From an uncultured Acidimicrobiaceae bacterium (lineage in GTDB: Bacteria; Actinomycetota; Acidimicrobiia; Spongiisociales; SHLN01): a stretch of 64,000 nucleotides of DNA. The notes beneath the pieces are model-generated. The model saw only the letters and a list, made by a program, of their open reading frames with translations. It did no database searches and was not told the DNA's origin. The DNA is taken from contig CAMYMH010000013.1 in NCBI GenBank assembly GCA_947259275.1, positions 38,896-102,895 of the forward strand, given 5' to 3'. A program made the position numbers and the translations under genes. Positions within the stretch are counted from its first letter, which is position 1; every line of letters begins with the position of its first letter. This document shows positions 37,500-49,314 of this stretch, piece after piece.

Positions 37500-40046
37500 G
37501 TGGCTCCTGCGCGTGCGAGGGTGGTACCGGTGGCTTTTGAGGAGCGGACCGGTCCCTGGCAGATCGCGCCCCGCCCAGACCGCGGCGTGTGGCCAATGTC
37601 GGCTGCCCAGAGGCGGATTTGGTCGCTGAGTCGGCTGCGGCCCGACGACCCGGTCTACAACATCCAGCGAGCCTGGCGTTTGCAGGGTGCGCTCGATCCA
37701 TCGGTTCTCGAGGCGAGCATCGGCGAACTCCTGCAGCGCCACGAAACGCTGCGGGCGCGGTTCATGGACGATGCCGGAGCTACGGTACAAACCGTCATGC
37801 CGGACGGCGATTTCGAGCTTCCCGCTGAGGTGGCAGACGGCAAGGATCCCTTCGTCTACGCCCAAGGCGTCGCCAACGCAGAAGCGGAACAGGCATTCGA
37901 CCTCGCCGCCGCGCCGCCCATTCGGGCCCGCTTGCTGATGCTCGGCCCGGACGATCACGTGCTCGTGCTCACGGCCCATCACATCGTCTGCGATGGGTGG
38001 TCGATGGACATCCTCGAGAACGAGCTCGGCGTCGTGTACGCCGACTTGTTGAGGGGAATGCCATCCTCACTCGAGCCGCTCACACTGCAGTACGCCGACT
38101 TTGCCGAGTGGCAAGCCGAGCAGCGGGACGGTCCCGCCGGTCAACGGGACCTCGACTATTGGGCGGGCCGGCTCGAAGGCCTCGAGGCCCCCCTGGCGAT
38201 CCCCGGGCGGCGCGGTGACCACGCTCGAGAAACTCGCCGGGGAGGACATCTCGAGTTCACTTTCGATAATGAGCTCTCGTCGGCCATCAAGAAGTTGAGC
38301 ACCGACAACCGGATAACGCCTTTCATTACCCTCCTGACCGGGCTCCAACTGGCGCTTCACCAGGCCACCGGCCAGGACGATATCGTGATCTGCTCGCCGA
38401 CGGCAGGCCGAACCCATCTCGAGACCGAGAAGCTGGTGGGGTATTTCAACAACCTGGTGGTGTTGCGCGCCGACCTGTCAGCCGACGCCACGGTCCGCCG
38501 GCTGCTCGAGCAGAACCTGCTGGGCGTAGTCGAGGCGCTAGATCATCAAGCGGCCGAGTTCCGGGACGTGGCGGTACTTCCCGGCGTGGCCACCGTGCCG
38601 CTGGCCAGAGGCTTCTTCTCCTTGCAGGAGGCGGCCCAGGAACCATTGCAGTTCCCCGACGTCACGGTGACGCCGCTGGTGATCGAGGCCGACTCGGCGG
38701 ATTTCGAACTGGCGATCTTCATCCACGACGTGGGCGGTCAATATCGATCAGTCGTCCGATTCCAAAGCAACCTCCTCCCGGACGAGGAGGTGACGGCACT
38801 GATGACACGTATCGAGTCGGTGCTGGAGGACATGGTCAAAGGGCCGGATCGACTGCGGTCCGATCTGGTGCCGGTTGATGGATCGGCCTCGGGAGCGCCT
38901 GCGCCGGTTGCCGCCGGCCCCGGCCTCTCCGATGGAGAAGCACGGCCCCGAACTCTCCTCGAATCCCAACTCGCCGAGATCTGGGAGAGCGTTTTCAAGC
39001 GGGGCCCGCTCTCGATCCACGACGACTTTTTCGATCTCGGCGGGCATTCGCTGCTGGCGGCTGAGCTGATTGCCGAGGTTGAGCGACGCATCGTCCATGA
39101 GCCCATGCCATTGGCAACCCTGTTTCGGGCACCAACCATCACCGAGTTTGCCGACGTCATCGAGGCCGGAGGCTGGTTCGAAGAGTGGGCGTCGCTCGTC
39201 CCCATCCAGCCGCACGGCACGCGCCCGCCGCTCTTCTTCGTTCACGCCCATGGTGGGAATGTGATCGGCTATCGCGATCTCGCCAAGCGTCTCGGGGAAG
39301 ACCAGCCCTTCTATGGATTGCAGGCACCGGAGATGGCCCGCGATCGGGACGAGATCGTTCCCCGTCGGTTCGAAGAAATGGCTGCCCAGTACGTGGAGGC
39401 GATAAAGACGGTGCAGCGGCATGGCCCATATCTCCTCGGGGGGTGGTGCTTGGGAGCCGACGTTGCCTTCGAGATGGCCCACCAGCTCAAGACCGTCGGC
39501 GAGGACGTCGCCATGCTGCTGATGGTCGACAACCCTCGTCCCGAGTTCATGGCGCCCGAGAGCCGTGCGCCCGTTCCGGTTCGACTATGGAATCGGGTTA
39601 GGACCAGGCTCAGCATGGAGTGGTCGAATCTCGTCGAAGTTCAGTGGGCCAGGAAGCCCGGTTTCCTGATCGAGCGGATATCCCGGCTCGTTCAGCACGT
39701 ACTGGTTGCCCTCGAGGTAATGGTTGCCAAGTGGGTGAACATCCCTCACTCGCAGGCGTACCGGCACAAGCAGCTCGAGGCAGCCCACGAGAAGGCCTAC
39801 GAGGCATACCATCCGCAGCCTTACTCCGGAGCCGTAACGCTGGTGCGGGCCGAGCAGCAACCGTTTGGCCGGGCGGCCGACTCGGCCCTCGGCTGGGACC
39901 GCTACGTTGAAGGGGAGGTCGATGTCATCGAGGCCCCCGGCCACCGGGTCGGGCTGCTGTCCGAGCCTCGAGTCGAGGTAGTCGCCGAACAGATTCGCCG
40001 GGCGATGGAGAAAGCACTCTCTGTGACGGATCGAGCCGAGTCCTAG
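37500..40046 (+). CDS. Stand-alone NRPS-type protein: condensation - thiolation (PCP) - thioesterase, no adenylation domain
   Basis: C domain with PMSAAQRRIWSL and HHIVCDGWS. PCP with FFDLGGHSLLA. TE with LFFVHAHGGN, GGWCLGADVA (Cys where GxSxG Ser is expected), MVDNP and APGHRVGLL. The start is either the GTG at 37500 or the ATG at 37596. Confidence 0.88.
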   Translation: MAPARARVVPVAFEERTGPWQIAPRPDRGVWPMSAAQRRIWSLSRLRPDDPVYNIQRAWRLQGALDPSVLEASIGELLQRHETLRARFMDDAGATVQTVMPDGDFELPAEVADGKDPFVYAQGVANAEAEQAFDLAAAPPIRARLLMLGPDDHVLVLTAHHIVCDGWSMDILENELGVVYADLLRGMPSSLEPLTLQYADFAEWQAEQRDGPAGQRDLDYWAGRLEGLEAPLAIPGRRGDHARETRRGGHLEFTFDNELSSAIKKLSTDNRITPFITLLTGLQLALHQATGQDDIVICSPTAGRTHLETEKLVGYFNNLVVLRADLSADATVRRLLEQNLLGVVEALDHQAAEFRDVAVLPGVATVPLARGFFSLQEAAQEPLQFPDVTVTPLVIEADSADFELAIFIHDVGGQYRSVVRFQSNLLPDEEVTALMTRIESVLEDMVKGPDRLRSDLVPVDGSASGAPAPVAAGPGLSDGEARPRTLLESQLAEIWESVFKRGPLSIHDDFFDLGGHSLLAAELIAEVERRIVHEPMPLATLFRAPTITEFADVIEAGGWFEEWASLVPIQPHGTRPPLFFVHAHGGNVIGYRDLAKRLGEDQPFYGLQAPEMARDRDEIVPRRFEEMAAQYVEAIKTVQRHGPYLLGGWCLGADVAFEMAHQLKTVGEDVAMLLMVDNPRPEFMAPESRAPVPVRLWNRVRTRLSMEWSNLVEVQWARKPGFLIERISRLVQHVLVALEVMVAKWVNIPHSQAYRHKQLEAAHEKAYEAYHPQPYSGAVTLVRAEQQPFGRAADSALGWDRYVEGEVDVIEAPGHRVGLLSEPRVEVVAEQIRRAMEKALSVTDRAES

Positions 40047-40080
40047 GGAGCGTGCGGCACCGGCCCGGTAACCTTCCTCC

Positions 40081-40653
40081 ATGCACCCCTTCACCGTACT
40101 GGAGGCCGTGGTGGCTCTCAACGCCGCCCGGTTGGTCGGAGTCCCCACCGACACCGTGTACGGCATCGCCGCCGACCCTTGGTCAGAATCCGGGATGAAC
40201 TCATTGTTCGATCTCAAGGGTCGGGGCCCCGAGCACCCGGTGGCGCTGCTGGTCGCCGACCTCGAGCAAGCCCGCGAGCTGTGTGTCATCACCGGACGGG
40301 CCAGGACGCTGGCGAAGCGGTACTGGCCGGGACCGCTGACGATGGTACTGGAGGCGGCTCGGGAGCTCCCCGAATGGATCGGAGATCAGGCGCACGGAAC
40401 CGTCGGAGTCCGGGTTCCGCAACATCCGGTCGCCATCGAGTTGCTCGAACGGGCGGGAACTCTCGCCGTGACGTCGGCCAACCGCTCGGGTGAGGAGCCT
40501 GCGCTCAATGACCGGGAGGCGCGGGCAATCTTCGGCGATGCCGTCATCGGGTATCTGGCGGGCGAGGGGAGTGCCGGACGGGCATCGACGGTGCTGGATG
40601 TGACGGCCGATCCACCAATCGTTCTGCGACCGGGACCGGTGGTTGTCGACTGA
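40081..40653 (+). CDS. tsaC: L-threonylcarbamoyladenylate synthase (TsaC/YrdC/Sua5 family, short form)
   Basis: VGVPTDTVYGIAADP, KGRGPEHPVALLV, YWPGPLT, LAVTSANRSGE. Confidence 0.9.
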   Translation: MHPFTVLEAVVALNAARLVGVPTDTVYGIAADPWSESGMNSLFDLKGRGPEHPVALLVADLEQARELCVITGRARTLAKRYWPGPLTMVLEAARELPEWIGDQAHGTVGVRVPQHPVAIELLERAGTLAVTSANRSGEEPALNDREARAIFGDAVIGYLAGEGSAGRASTVLDVTADPPIVLRPGPVVVD

Positions 40654-40714
40654 ACCGACCATCCGCAAGCGCGTCCGGGCCACCGTCCCGGTATGGTGGA
40701 CGGCAGGGAGGCCC

Positions 40715-41131
40715 ATGAAAGTCACGGAGAGCCCCGCCGGAGTCGCCCGCCTGGTGGGTGAGGTGCCCGCGGCCCCTGCCGTTGTCTACCGGTATTTCAC
40801 CGAAGCCGAACTGCTGGTCCATTGGTGGGCAGAAGAGGCAAGCATCGACAACCGATCCGGGTTGTATGAGCTGACGTGGCCGAGCCAGGGAATGCGACTG
40901 CTGGGAGAATATGTCGTCACCGAGCCGGGTAATCGGCTCGCTTTCACCTGGGCGTTTGCCCATGAAGCATTCCAGCCGCGGACCGTGGATATCCAATTTG
41001 AAGAGTCAGATCTGGGGACCCGGCTCACGATCGAGCACACCCACGGTGAGGACCCCGACGAGCGTCAGGGATACATCGATGGGTGGAAGTTCTTCATCGA
41101 GCGTCTGCGGGGACTCCTCGCCGGCAGCTGA
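40715..41131 (+). CDS. SRPBCC/AHSA1-family protein
   Basis: SD gggagg before the ATG at 40715. [32 protein letters not shown]. Confidence 0.7.
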   Translation: MKVTESPAGVARLVGEVPAAPAVVYRYFTEAELLVHWWAEEASIDNRSGLYELTWPSQGMRLLGEYVVTEPGNRLAFTWAFAHEAFQPRTVDIQFEESDLGTRLTIEHTHGEDPDERQGYIDGWKFFIERLRGLLAGS

Positions 41132-41171
41132 CCTGCGGGGCACTAGCCTGGCTCCGTCGAAGGAGCCACCA

Positions 41172-42443
41172 ATGACCGATCCGCGTTCCGTATCCGCTGT
41201 CGACCCGGCGGTTGCCGATCTCATCGAGGCCGAAGTCGGCCGCCAGCGGTCCGGCATCCAGCTGATTGCCTCGGAGAATTTCGCCTCGCGCGCCGTCATG
41301 GAGGCCAGCGGCTCGGTGTTTACCAACAAGTACGCCGAGGGATACCCGGGACGCCGGTATTACGAGGGCTGTGAGTTCACCGACCAGATCGAGCAGCTTG
41401 CCATCGATCGAGCCAAAGAGCTGTTCTCCGCCGAGTATGCCAATGTGCAGCCGCACTCGGGAAGCCAGGCCAACATGGCCGCCTACTTCGCGGTGCTCGA
41501 ACATGGCGACACCATCATGGGGATGTCGCTCGACCACGGCGGCCATCTCACCCACGGCTCTCAGGTCAGCTTCTCGGGGATCCTTTTCGACTTCGTTTCC
41601 TACGGATTGAACCCCGAGACCGAGCTCATCGAGATGGACGAGGTCCGCCGTCTCGCTGTCGAGCATCAACCCAAGATGATTGTGGCCGGCTACTCGGCCT
41701 ACTCCCGACACCTCGACTACGCGGCGTTTCGCGCCATCGCCGACGAGATCGGGGCAGTATTCCTGGTCGACGCCGCTCACTTCATCGGCCTGGTCGCCGG
41801 CCAGGCGATGCCCAATCCGATGGAGTATGCCGATATCGTCACCGCCACCACGCACAAGGCGATGCGAGGTGCCCGGGGCGGTCTGATCCTGGGCCGGGAG
41901 GAATATCGCAAGGCAATCAACAAGACGGTGTTCCCCGGCTACCAGGGCGGGGCGCTATTCAGTCAGATCGCCGGCAAGGCGGTGGCGTTTCACGAGGCCA
42001 TGACGCCCGAGTATCAGGAGTACGCCGCCCAGATCATCCGCAACGCCCAGGCGCTGGCCGGAACCCTTCAGGCCGGGGGCCTGCGGGTGGTGTCGGGTGG
42101 GACCGACAACCACCTCATGCTGCTCGACCTGCGCAGCCTCGACGAGGAGCTGACCGGCAAGGAGGCTGCCGTCGTCCTGGACGGGGTCGGCATCACCCTC
42201 AACCGCAACGCGATTCCGAATGACCCGCGGCCGCCGTTCGTGACCAGCGGTCTCCGCATTGGCACGCCGTCGGTCACTACCGCCGGCATGCGGGAAGGCG
42301 AGATGGAGCGCCTCGGTGGGCTGATCCTCGACACTCTCGAGCAGCGGGAAGATGCGGTGGCGCTCAAGGAAGTCGCCGACGGGGTAGCCGAGCTGGTGGC
42401 GGCTTTCCCGCCCTACCCGGCTGATTTTCCGGGTCACGTATGA
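41172..42443 (+). CDS. glyA: Serine hydroxymethyltransferase
   Basis: ATG at 41172 after gaaggag. [33 protein letters not shown] (PLP lysine). Confidence 0.95.
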   Translation: MTDPRSVSAVDPAVADLIEAEVGRQRSGIQLIASENFASRAVMEASGSVFTNKYAEGYPGRRYYEGCEFTDQIEQLAIDRAKELFSAEYANVQPHSGSQANMAAYFAVLEHGDTIMGMSLDHGGHLTHGSQVSFSGILFDFVSYGLNPETELIEMDEVRRLAVEHQPKMIVAGYSAYSRHLDYAAFRAIADEIGAVFLVDAAHFIGLVAGQAMPNPMEYADIVTATTHKAMRGARGGLILGREEYRKAINKTVFPGYQGGALFSQIAGKAVAFHEAMTPEYQEYAAQIIRNAQALAGTLQAGGLRVVSGGTDNHLMLLDLRSLDEELTGKEAAVVLDGVGITLNRNAIPNDPRPPFVTSGLRIGTPSVTTAGMREGEMERLGGLILDTLEQREDAVALKEVADGVAELVAAFPPYPADFPGHV

Positions 42444-42495
42444 GCGGGCGGGCGCGCCGACGACCGCTTGAGGTAGCCGGGGCCGGCCCACTAGT

Positions 42496-42513
42496 TTGTG
42501 AGCAGAATCACAA
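42496..42513. promoter_or_regulatory. Perfect CRP/GlxR-type palindrome TTGTGA-N6-TCACAA upstream of the ATP synthase operon
   Basis: ttgtgagcagaatcacaa lies 19-36 nt upstream of the atpZ-like ATG (42532). It matches TGTGA-N6-TCACA at 10/10 positions. Confidence 0.55.
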
Positions 42514-42531
42514 GGCCTGGAAGGATGCAGC

Positions 42532-42723
42532 ATGAGCTCCACGGGTCGGGACTTGATCGCCGGCGGAGACTTCTTCGGTGCCATCATGGCCGGTCTCCTG
42601 CTCGGGCTCGGAGGCGACTACCTGTTCGGCACCAGGCCGGTGCTGGTGGTGAGCGGCATCATCGCTGGCTCCGTCACCGGGTTCTATGTCATGTATCGCC
42701 AATTGAGGAACGCCGGTGGATAA
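42532..42723 (+). CDS. AtpZ/AtpR-like small membrane protein (putative F0F1-ATPase-associated subunit)
   Basis: 63 aa with two hydrophobic helices. GAIMAGLLLGLGGDYLFGT pattern. First gene of the atp operon. Confidence 0.7.
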   Translation: MSSTGRDLIAGGDFFGAIMAGLLLGLGGDYLFGTRPVLVVSGIIAGSVTGFYVMYRQLRNAGG

Positions 42724-43137
42724 GCCGGCCTCCACCGCCGTGGCGCCGGCACGGGTCGACGTCGAAGCCATCATCGCCCGTCATGTTGCCCGCCGGGCGC
42801 TCTTCGTTGCTCCCGTCTTGATCTCACTCTTCTGGCTGCTGGGCGGCTTGGATGGAGCGGTGGCGGCCGCCATCGGCGTCGGCATTGTGGTGGTCAATTT
42901 CCTGGTGTCCGGCTGGGTGCTGTCGATCGCGGCGAGGATCAGCCTGGCTCTCTATCATGCCGCGGCGTTGTTCGGTTTTTTCCTGCGGCTGATACTGATT
43001 ACCGTATCGCTGCTCTTGCTCGGTAGCCTCACCGAGCTCGATCGGATGGCGCTTGGGCTGTCGGTGGTGGCCGCCTACCTGGTGCTTTTGAGCTGGGAAG
43101 CGGTGGCCGTCGCCCAGGGCAAGGAAAGGGAGTTGGA

Positions 43138-43147
<10 letters not shown>
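42716..43147 (+). CDS. atpI: ATP synthase protein I
   Basis: 143 aa with four hydrophobic segments, positioned directly upstream of atpB. Confidence 0.7.
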
Positions 43148-44189
<1,042 letters not shown>

Positions 44190-44199
44190 GACCAAGCTG

Positions 44200-44751
44200 A
44201 TGACGCTGTTCGAACTCGCCATCCTCGCCGTTGAGGAGGAGCCCGAAGGAATCGATCTCGTGCTGCCCGAGATCAAGGAGCTGTGGGCCGGCATCATTGC
44301 TTTTGGCATCGTATTCGCCTTCATTCGGTTCCTCGCCTGGCCCCGGATGATCAAGCCCGCCCTCGAACGCCGCCAGGAGGCGATTGTCGGCCAGCTCCGT
44401 GAGGCCGAGAACGTCAAATCGGAAGCGGAGAGCCTGCTGGCCGACTACCAGGCCCAGGTGGCAGGCGCCAAGGACGAGGCCAACCAGATAATCGATGAGG
44501 CCAGAACCACTGCCGACTCGATGAAGAGCGAGATCGTGGCCCGGGCCGAATCCGAGGCCGCGTCCGTACTCGACAAAGCGCGCACCGACGTGGCCGCCGA
44601 GCGGGAACGGGCGGCCGCCGCTCTCCGGGGCGATGTGGCCAACCTGTCGCTCGACATGGCGGAAAAGGTGGTGACCGGATCGATCGACCGGGAGGCCCAG
44701 GCGGCGCTGGTCGAGCGATACCTGGAGGAGCTGGGAGGGCTCAACGAATAG
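44200..44751 (+). CDS. atpF: F0F1 ATP synthase subunit b
   Basis: N-terminal TM (WAGIIAFGIVFAFIRFLAW) followed by a long charged helix. Confidence 0.9.
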   Translation: MTLFELAILAVEEEPEGIDLVLPEIKELWAGIIAFGIVFAFIRFLAWPRMIKPALERRQEAIVGQLREAENVKSEAESLLADYQAQVAGAKDEANQIIDEARTTADSMKSEIVARAESEAASVLDKARTDVAAERERAAAALRGDVANLSLDMAEKVVTGSIDREAQAALVERYLEELGGLNE

Positions 44752-44772
44752 TGGTGCTAAGAAAGGGGCCTC

Positions 44773-45309
44773 GTGGCCACTGAAGACCAGATAGACGGTT
44801 ACGCCGCCGCCATCCTCGAGTTCGCCCGTGCCGAAGGCCAGCTCGAAACCATTGGCGACGAGCTGTTCCAGGTGGCGCGCACCCTCGAATCCTCCTCGGA
44901 GCTGCGCGACTCCCTCAGCGATCCCCGGCTTCCGGTTGAGCGCAAGCAGGGCATCATCGGTGACCTGCTCGGCACCCGCGCCTCGGCTCTCACCATCAAC
45001 CTGATCAACTTCGTCATCGGCGTCGGCAAGGCTCGCGACCTCTCTGCCATCGCCGACCGCCTCGTCGCTAAGACGGCCGCCGCCCGGGATCGGGCAGTTG
45101 CGGAGGTGCGATCGGCCATCGACCTCGATGCCGACACCGTCCGGCGTCTCGAGGAACGGCTCGGCGCCGCCACCGGCAAGGCCGTCGAAGCGAAGGTGGT
45201 TGTCGACCCATCGATACTCGGCGGCATCGTCGCCCGGGTTGGCGATGTCGTCATCGACGGCTCCGTGAAGGGCCGCCTGCAAGATCTACGCGAAGAATTC
45301 GGAGCATAG
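44773..45309 (+). CDS. atpH: F0F1 ATP synthase subunit delta
   Basis: 178 aa, OSCP pattern ([23 protein letters not shown]), positioned between atpF and atpA. Confidence 0.9.
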   Translation: MATEDQIDGYAAAILEFARAEGQLETIGDELFQVARTLESSSELRDSLSDPRLPVERKQGIIGDLLGTRASALTINLINFVIGVGKARDLSAIADRLVAKTAAARDRAVAEVRSAIDLDADTVRRLEERLGAATGKAVEAKVVVDPSILGGIVARVGDVVIDGSVKGRLQDLREEFGA

Positions 45310-45314
45310 AAACC

Positions 45315-46829
45315 ATGGCCGATTTGACCATCAACCAGGAAGAGATCGCTGCCTCGATCCGCCGCCACCTCGAGGGCTGGACACCCGAGATCGACGCCGA
45401 GACCGTTGGTTACGTCACCTCGATTGGGGACGGAGTGGCCCGGGTGTCCGGCCTCCCGAACGCCATGGCCTCGGAGATGCTCGAGTTCCCGGGCGGCCTG
45501 CTCGGTGTGGCGCTCAACCTCGAGTCCGACAGCATCGGAGCCGTCCTCATGGGCGAGTCGAGTCACGTCCAGGAGGGCGATCCGGTCAAGCAGACCGGCA
45601 AGGTGCTCTCGGTCCCGGTCGGCGAGGCGCTGCTCGGGCGGGTAATCGACCCGCTGGGAACGCCGCTCGACGGCAAGGGCCCGATCAATGCGACCGAGAC
45701 CCGGCTCCTGGAGGAGACCGCTCCCTCGGTGGTGGAGCGCCAGCCGGTATTCGAGCCGCTTCAGACCGGCATCAAGGCTATCGACGGGATGATCCCGATC
45801 GGCCGGGGCCAGCGCGAGCTCATCATCGGCGACCGGCAAACCGGTAAGACCGCCATCGCCATCGACACCATCATCAATCAGAAGAACACCGGGGTGAAGT
45901 GCATATATGTCGCCATCGGCCAGAAAGCCTCGACGGTGGCCGAGGTGGTCGACACCCTCGAGCGCTACGGCGCCATGGAATACACGGTGGTGGTGAACGC
46001 CCCCGCCTCATCGCCGGCCGCCCACCAGATGTATGCCCCCTACGCGGGGTCGGCCATCGGCCAGCACTGGATGTACAACGGTGAGCATGGGCTGATCATC
46101 TTCGACGACCTCTCCAAGCAGGCGGTCGCCTACCGGGCCATCTCGCTGCTGCTGCGCCGCCCGCCTGGCCGGGAGGCTTACCCGGGCGACGTCTTCTACT
46201 TGCACAGCCGGCTGCTCGAGCGTTGTGCCAAGGTCTCCGAGGAGCTGGGTGGCGGCTCACTCACCGGGCTGCCGATTGTCGAGACCAAGGCGGGCGACGT
46301 TTCGGCCTTCATTCCCACCAACGTGATCTCTATCACCGACGGCCAGATCTTCCTCGAGACCGACCTGTTCTATTCGGGCGTCCGCCCGGCCATCAACGCC
46401 GGCATCTCGGTGTCCCGGGTGGGCGGTAACGCCCAGATCAAGGGTATGAAGAAGGTGGCCGGTCCGCTGCGTCTCAACCTCGCCCAGTTCCGGGAGCTCG
46501 AGGCCTTCGCCGAGTTTGGCTCCGAGCTGGATGCTGCCTCGCAAGCACAGCTCGAGCGGGGCCGCCGCGTTGTCGAAATGCTCAAGCAGCCCCAGTACCA
46601 GCCGGTACCGGTTGAGGAGCAGGTGATCTCCATCTATGCGGTGAATGAGGGCTTCCTGGACGAGGTCGAATTGTCCGATGTCCGCCGCTTCGACACCGAG
46701 ATGCGAGAGTACATGCAGGCTCGCTACGGCAGTCTCATGTCGCACATCGTCGAAACCGGGCAGCTGCCGGACACCGGGGAGCTCGACCGGGCGATCGCAT
46801 CCTTCGTCGAGACCTTCCAGGCTGAGTAG
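45315..46829 (+). CDS. atpA: F0F1 ATP synthase subunit alpha
   Basis: Walker A GDRQTGKT, plus [11 protein letters not shown] and other alpha-specific motifs. Confidence 0.97.
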   Translation: MADLTINQEEIAASIRRHLEGWTPEIDAETVGYVTSIGDGVARVSGLPNAMASEMLEFPGGLLGVALNLESDSIGAVLMGESSHVQEGDPVKQTGKVLSVPVGEALLGRVIDPLGTPLDGKGPINATETRLLEETAPSVVERQPVFEPLQTGIKAIDGMIPIGRGQRELIIGDRQTGKTAIAIDTIINQKNTGVKCIYVAIGQKASTVAEVVDTLERYGAMEYTVVVNAPASSPAAHQMYAPYAGSAIGQHWMYNGEHGLIIFDDLSKQAVAYRAISLLLRRPPGREAYPGDVFYLHSRLLERCAKVSEELGGGSLTGLPIVETKAGDVSAFIPTNVISITDGQIFLETDLFYSGVRPAINAGISVSRVGGNAQIKGMKKVAGPLRLNLAQFRELEAFAEFGSELDAASQAQLERGRRVVEMLKQPQYQPVPVEEQVISIYAVNEGFLDEVELSDVRRFDTEMREYMQARYGSLMSHIVETGQLPDTGELDRAIASFVETFQAE

Positions 46830-46835
46830 CTACCT

Positions 46836-47714
46836 ATGGCCAGCGCAGAGCTCCGGCTGATTCGCAGACGCATTCGTAGCGTTCAATCGACCATGAAGAT
46901 CACGTCGGCGATGGAGCTGATCGCGGCCTCGCGCATCGTCAAAGCCCAGGCTCGGGTGGAGGCCGCCCAGCCATACACGGACAAGCTGGTTGAAGTCATC
47001 ACCAACGTCGGGGCCGCCTCGGGTGGCGCCTCGCACCCGCTGCTCGACAGCCGTGAGCGCCGGACCGCCGGGGTGCTCGTCGTCACCTCCGACCGGGGGC
47101 TGGCGGGCGGCTATAACTCAAACGTCATCCGGATGGCCGAGCGGCGCCTCATCGAGCTCAAGAACCAGCGAGCCGACCTGCGCCTGTATTGCGTCGGCAA
47201 GAAGTCGAACAGCTACTTCCGTTACCGGGGCTATCAAGTTGAACGATCGTTCCTGGGTGTCACCGACACTCCCGGTTACGGCGACGCCCGCGCCATCGCC
47301 AACACCATCCTCAACGACTACGCCGAGGAGGCGGTCGACTCCGTGGATGCTTACACGACCCGGTATTTGTCGGCCCTCACCCAGACCGCGGTCGAATGGC
47401 CGTTGCTGCCGATCGAGCCGCCGGCCGCCGAGTCCGAAGAGGGCATTGCCACCGGCTACACCTATGAGCCAAACCCGGAGGCCATCCTCAACCGCCTCCT
47501 GCCTCGCTATCTGGAAGCGAGCGTGTTCGGGATGCTGCTGGAAGCCTCGGCCTCCGAGCACGCCGCCAGGCGGCGGGCCATGAAAGCGGCCACCGAGGCT
47601 GCCGACGAGTTGACCAAGGTGCTGAGCAGGCAGGCCAATCAGGCCCGCCAGGCCGAGATTACGACCGAGATTTCCGAGATCGTTGGCGGCGCCGAAGCGC
47701 TGACCGCCGGCTAG
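46836..47714 (+). CDS. atpG: F0F1 ATP synthase subunit gamma
   Basis: IRRRIRSVQSTMKITSAMELIAASR N-terminus, ITTEISEIVGGAEAL C-terminus. Confidence 0.95.
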   Translation: MASAELRLIRRRIRSVQSTMKITSAMELIAASRIVKAQARVEAAQPYTDKLVEVITNVGAASGGASHPLLDSRERRTAGVLVVTSDRGLAGGYNSNVIRMAERRLIELKNQRADLRLYCVGKKSNSYFRYRGYQVERSFLGVTDTPGYGDARAIANTILNDYAEEAVDSVDAYTTRYLSALTQTAVEWPLLPIEPPAAESEEGIATGYTYEPNPEAILNRLLPRYLEASVFGMLLEASASEHAARRRAMKAATEAADELTKVLSRQANQARQAEITTEISEIVGGAEALTAG

Positions 47715-47729
47715 CAAGAGAACTGATAG

Positions 47730-49148
<1,419 letters not shown>

Positions 49149-49314
49149 TGCACCGCCGAGCAGATTCCGCACCCGCCTCGCCGGCCCTCGACGGCCCTCG
49201 CTGCGTCCTCCTCCTCGACGCACAGATTGACAAGTGCGCCTTCGTCGTGCGTCCTTGCCAGATGACGCCGAGGACTCGGCGATTCACGCACGCTATCCGC
49301 CCGACGGTGCACTG

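Noticed and set aside
37472-37540. The 22-aa Cys/Gly-rich peptide as a RiPP precursor.
   Set aside because: No RiPP tailoring enzymes (YcaO, LanM, radical SAM and similar) are nearby. The first 6 codons are a copy of another gene's start, so a decayed gene fragment is the simpler explanation.
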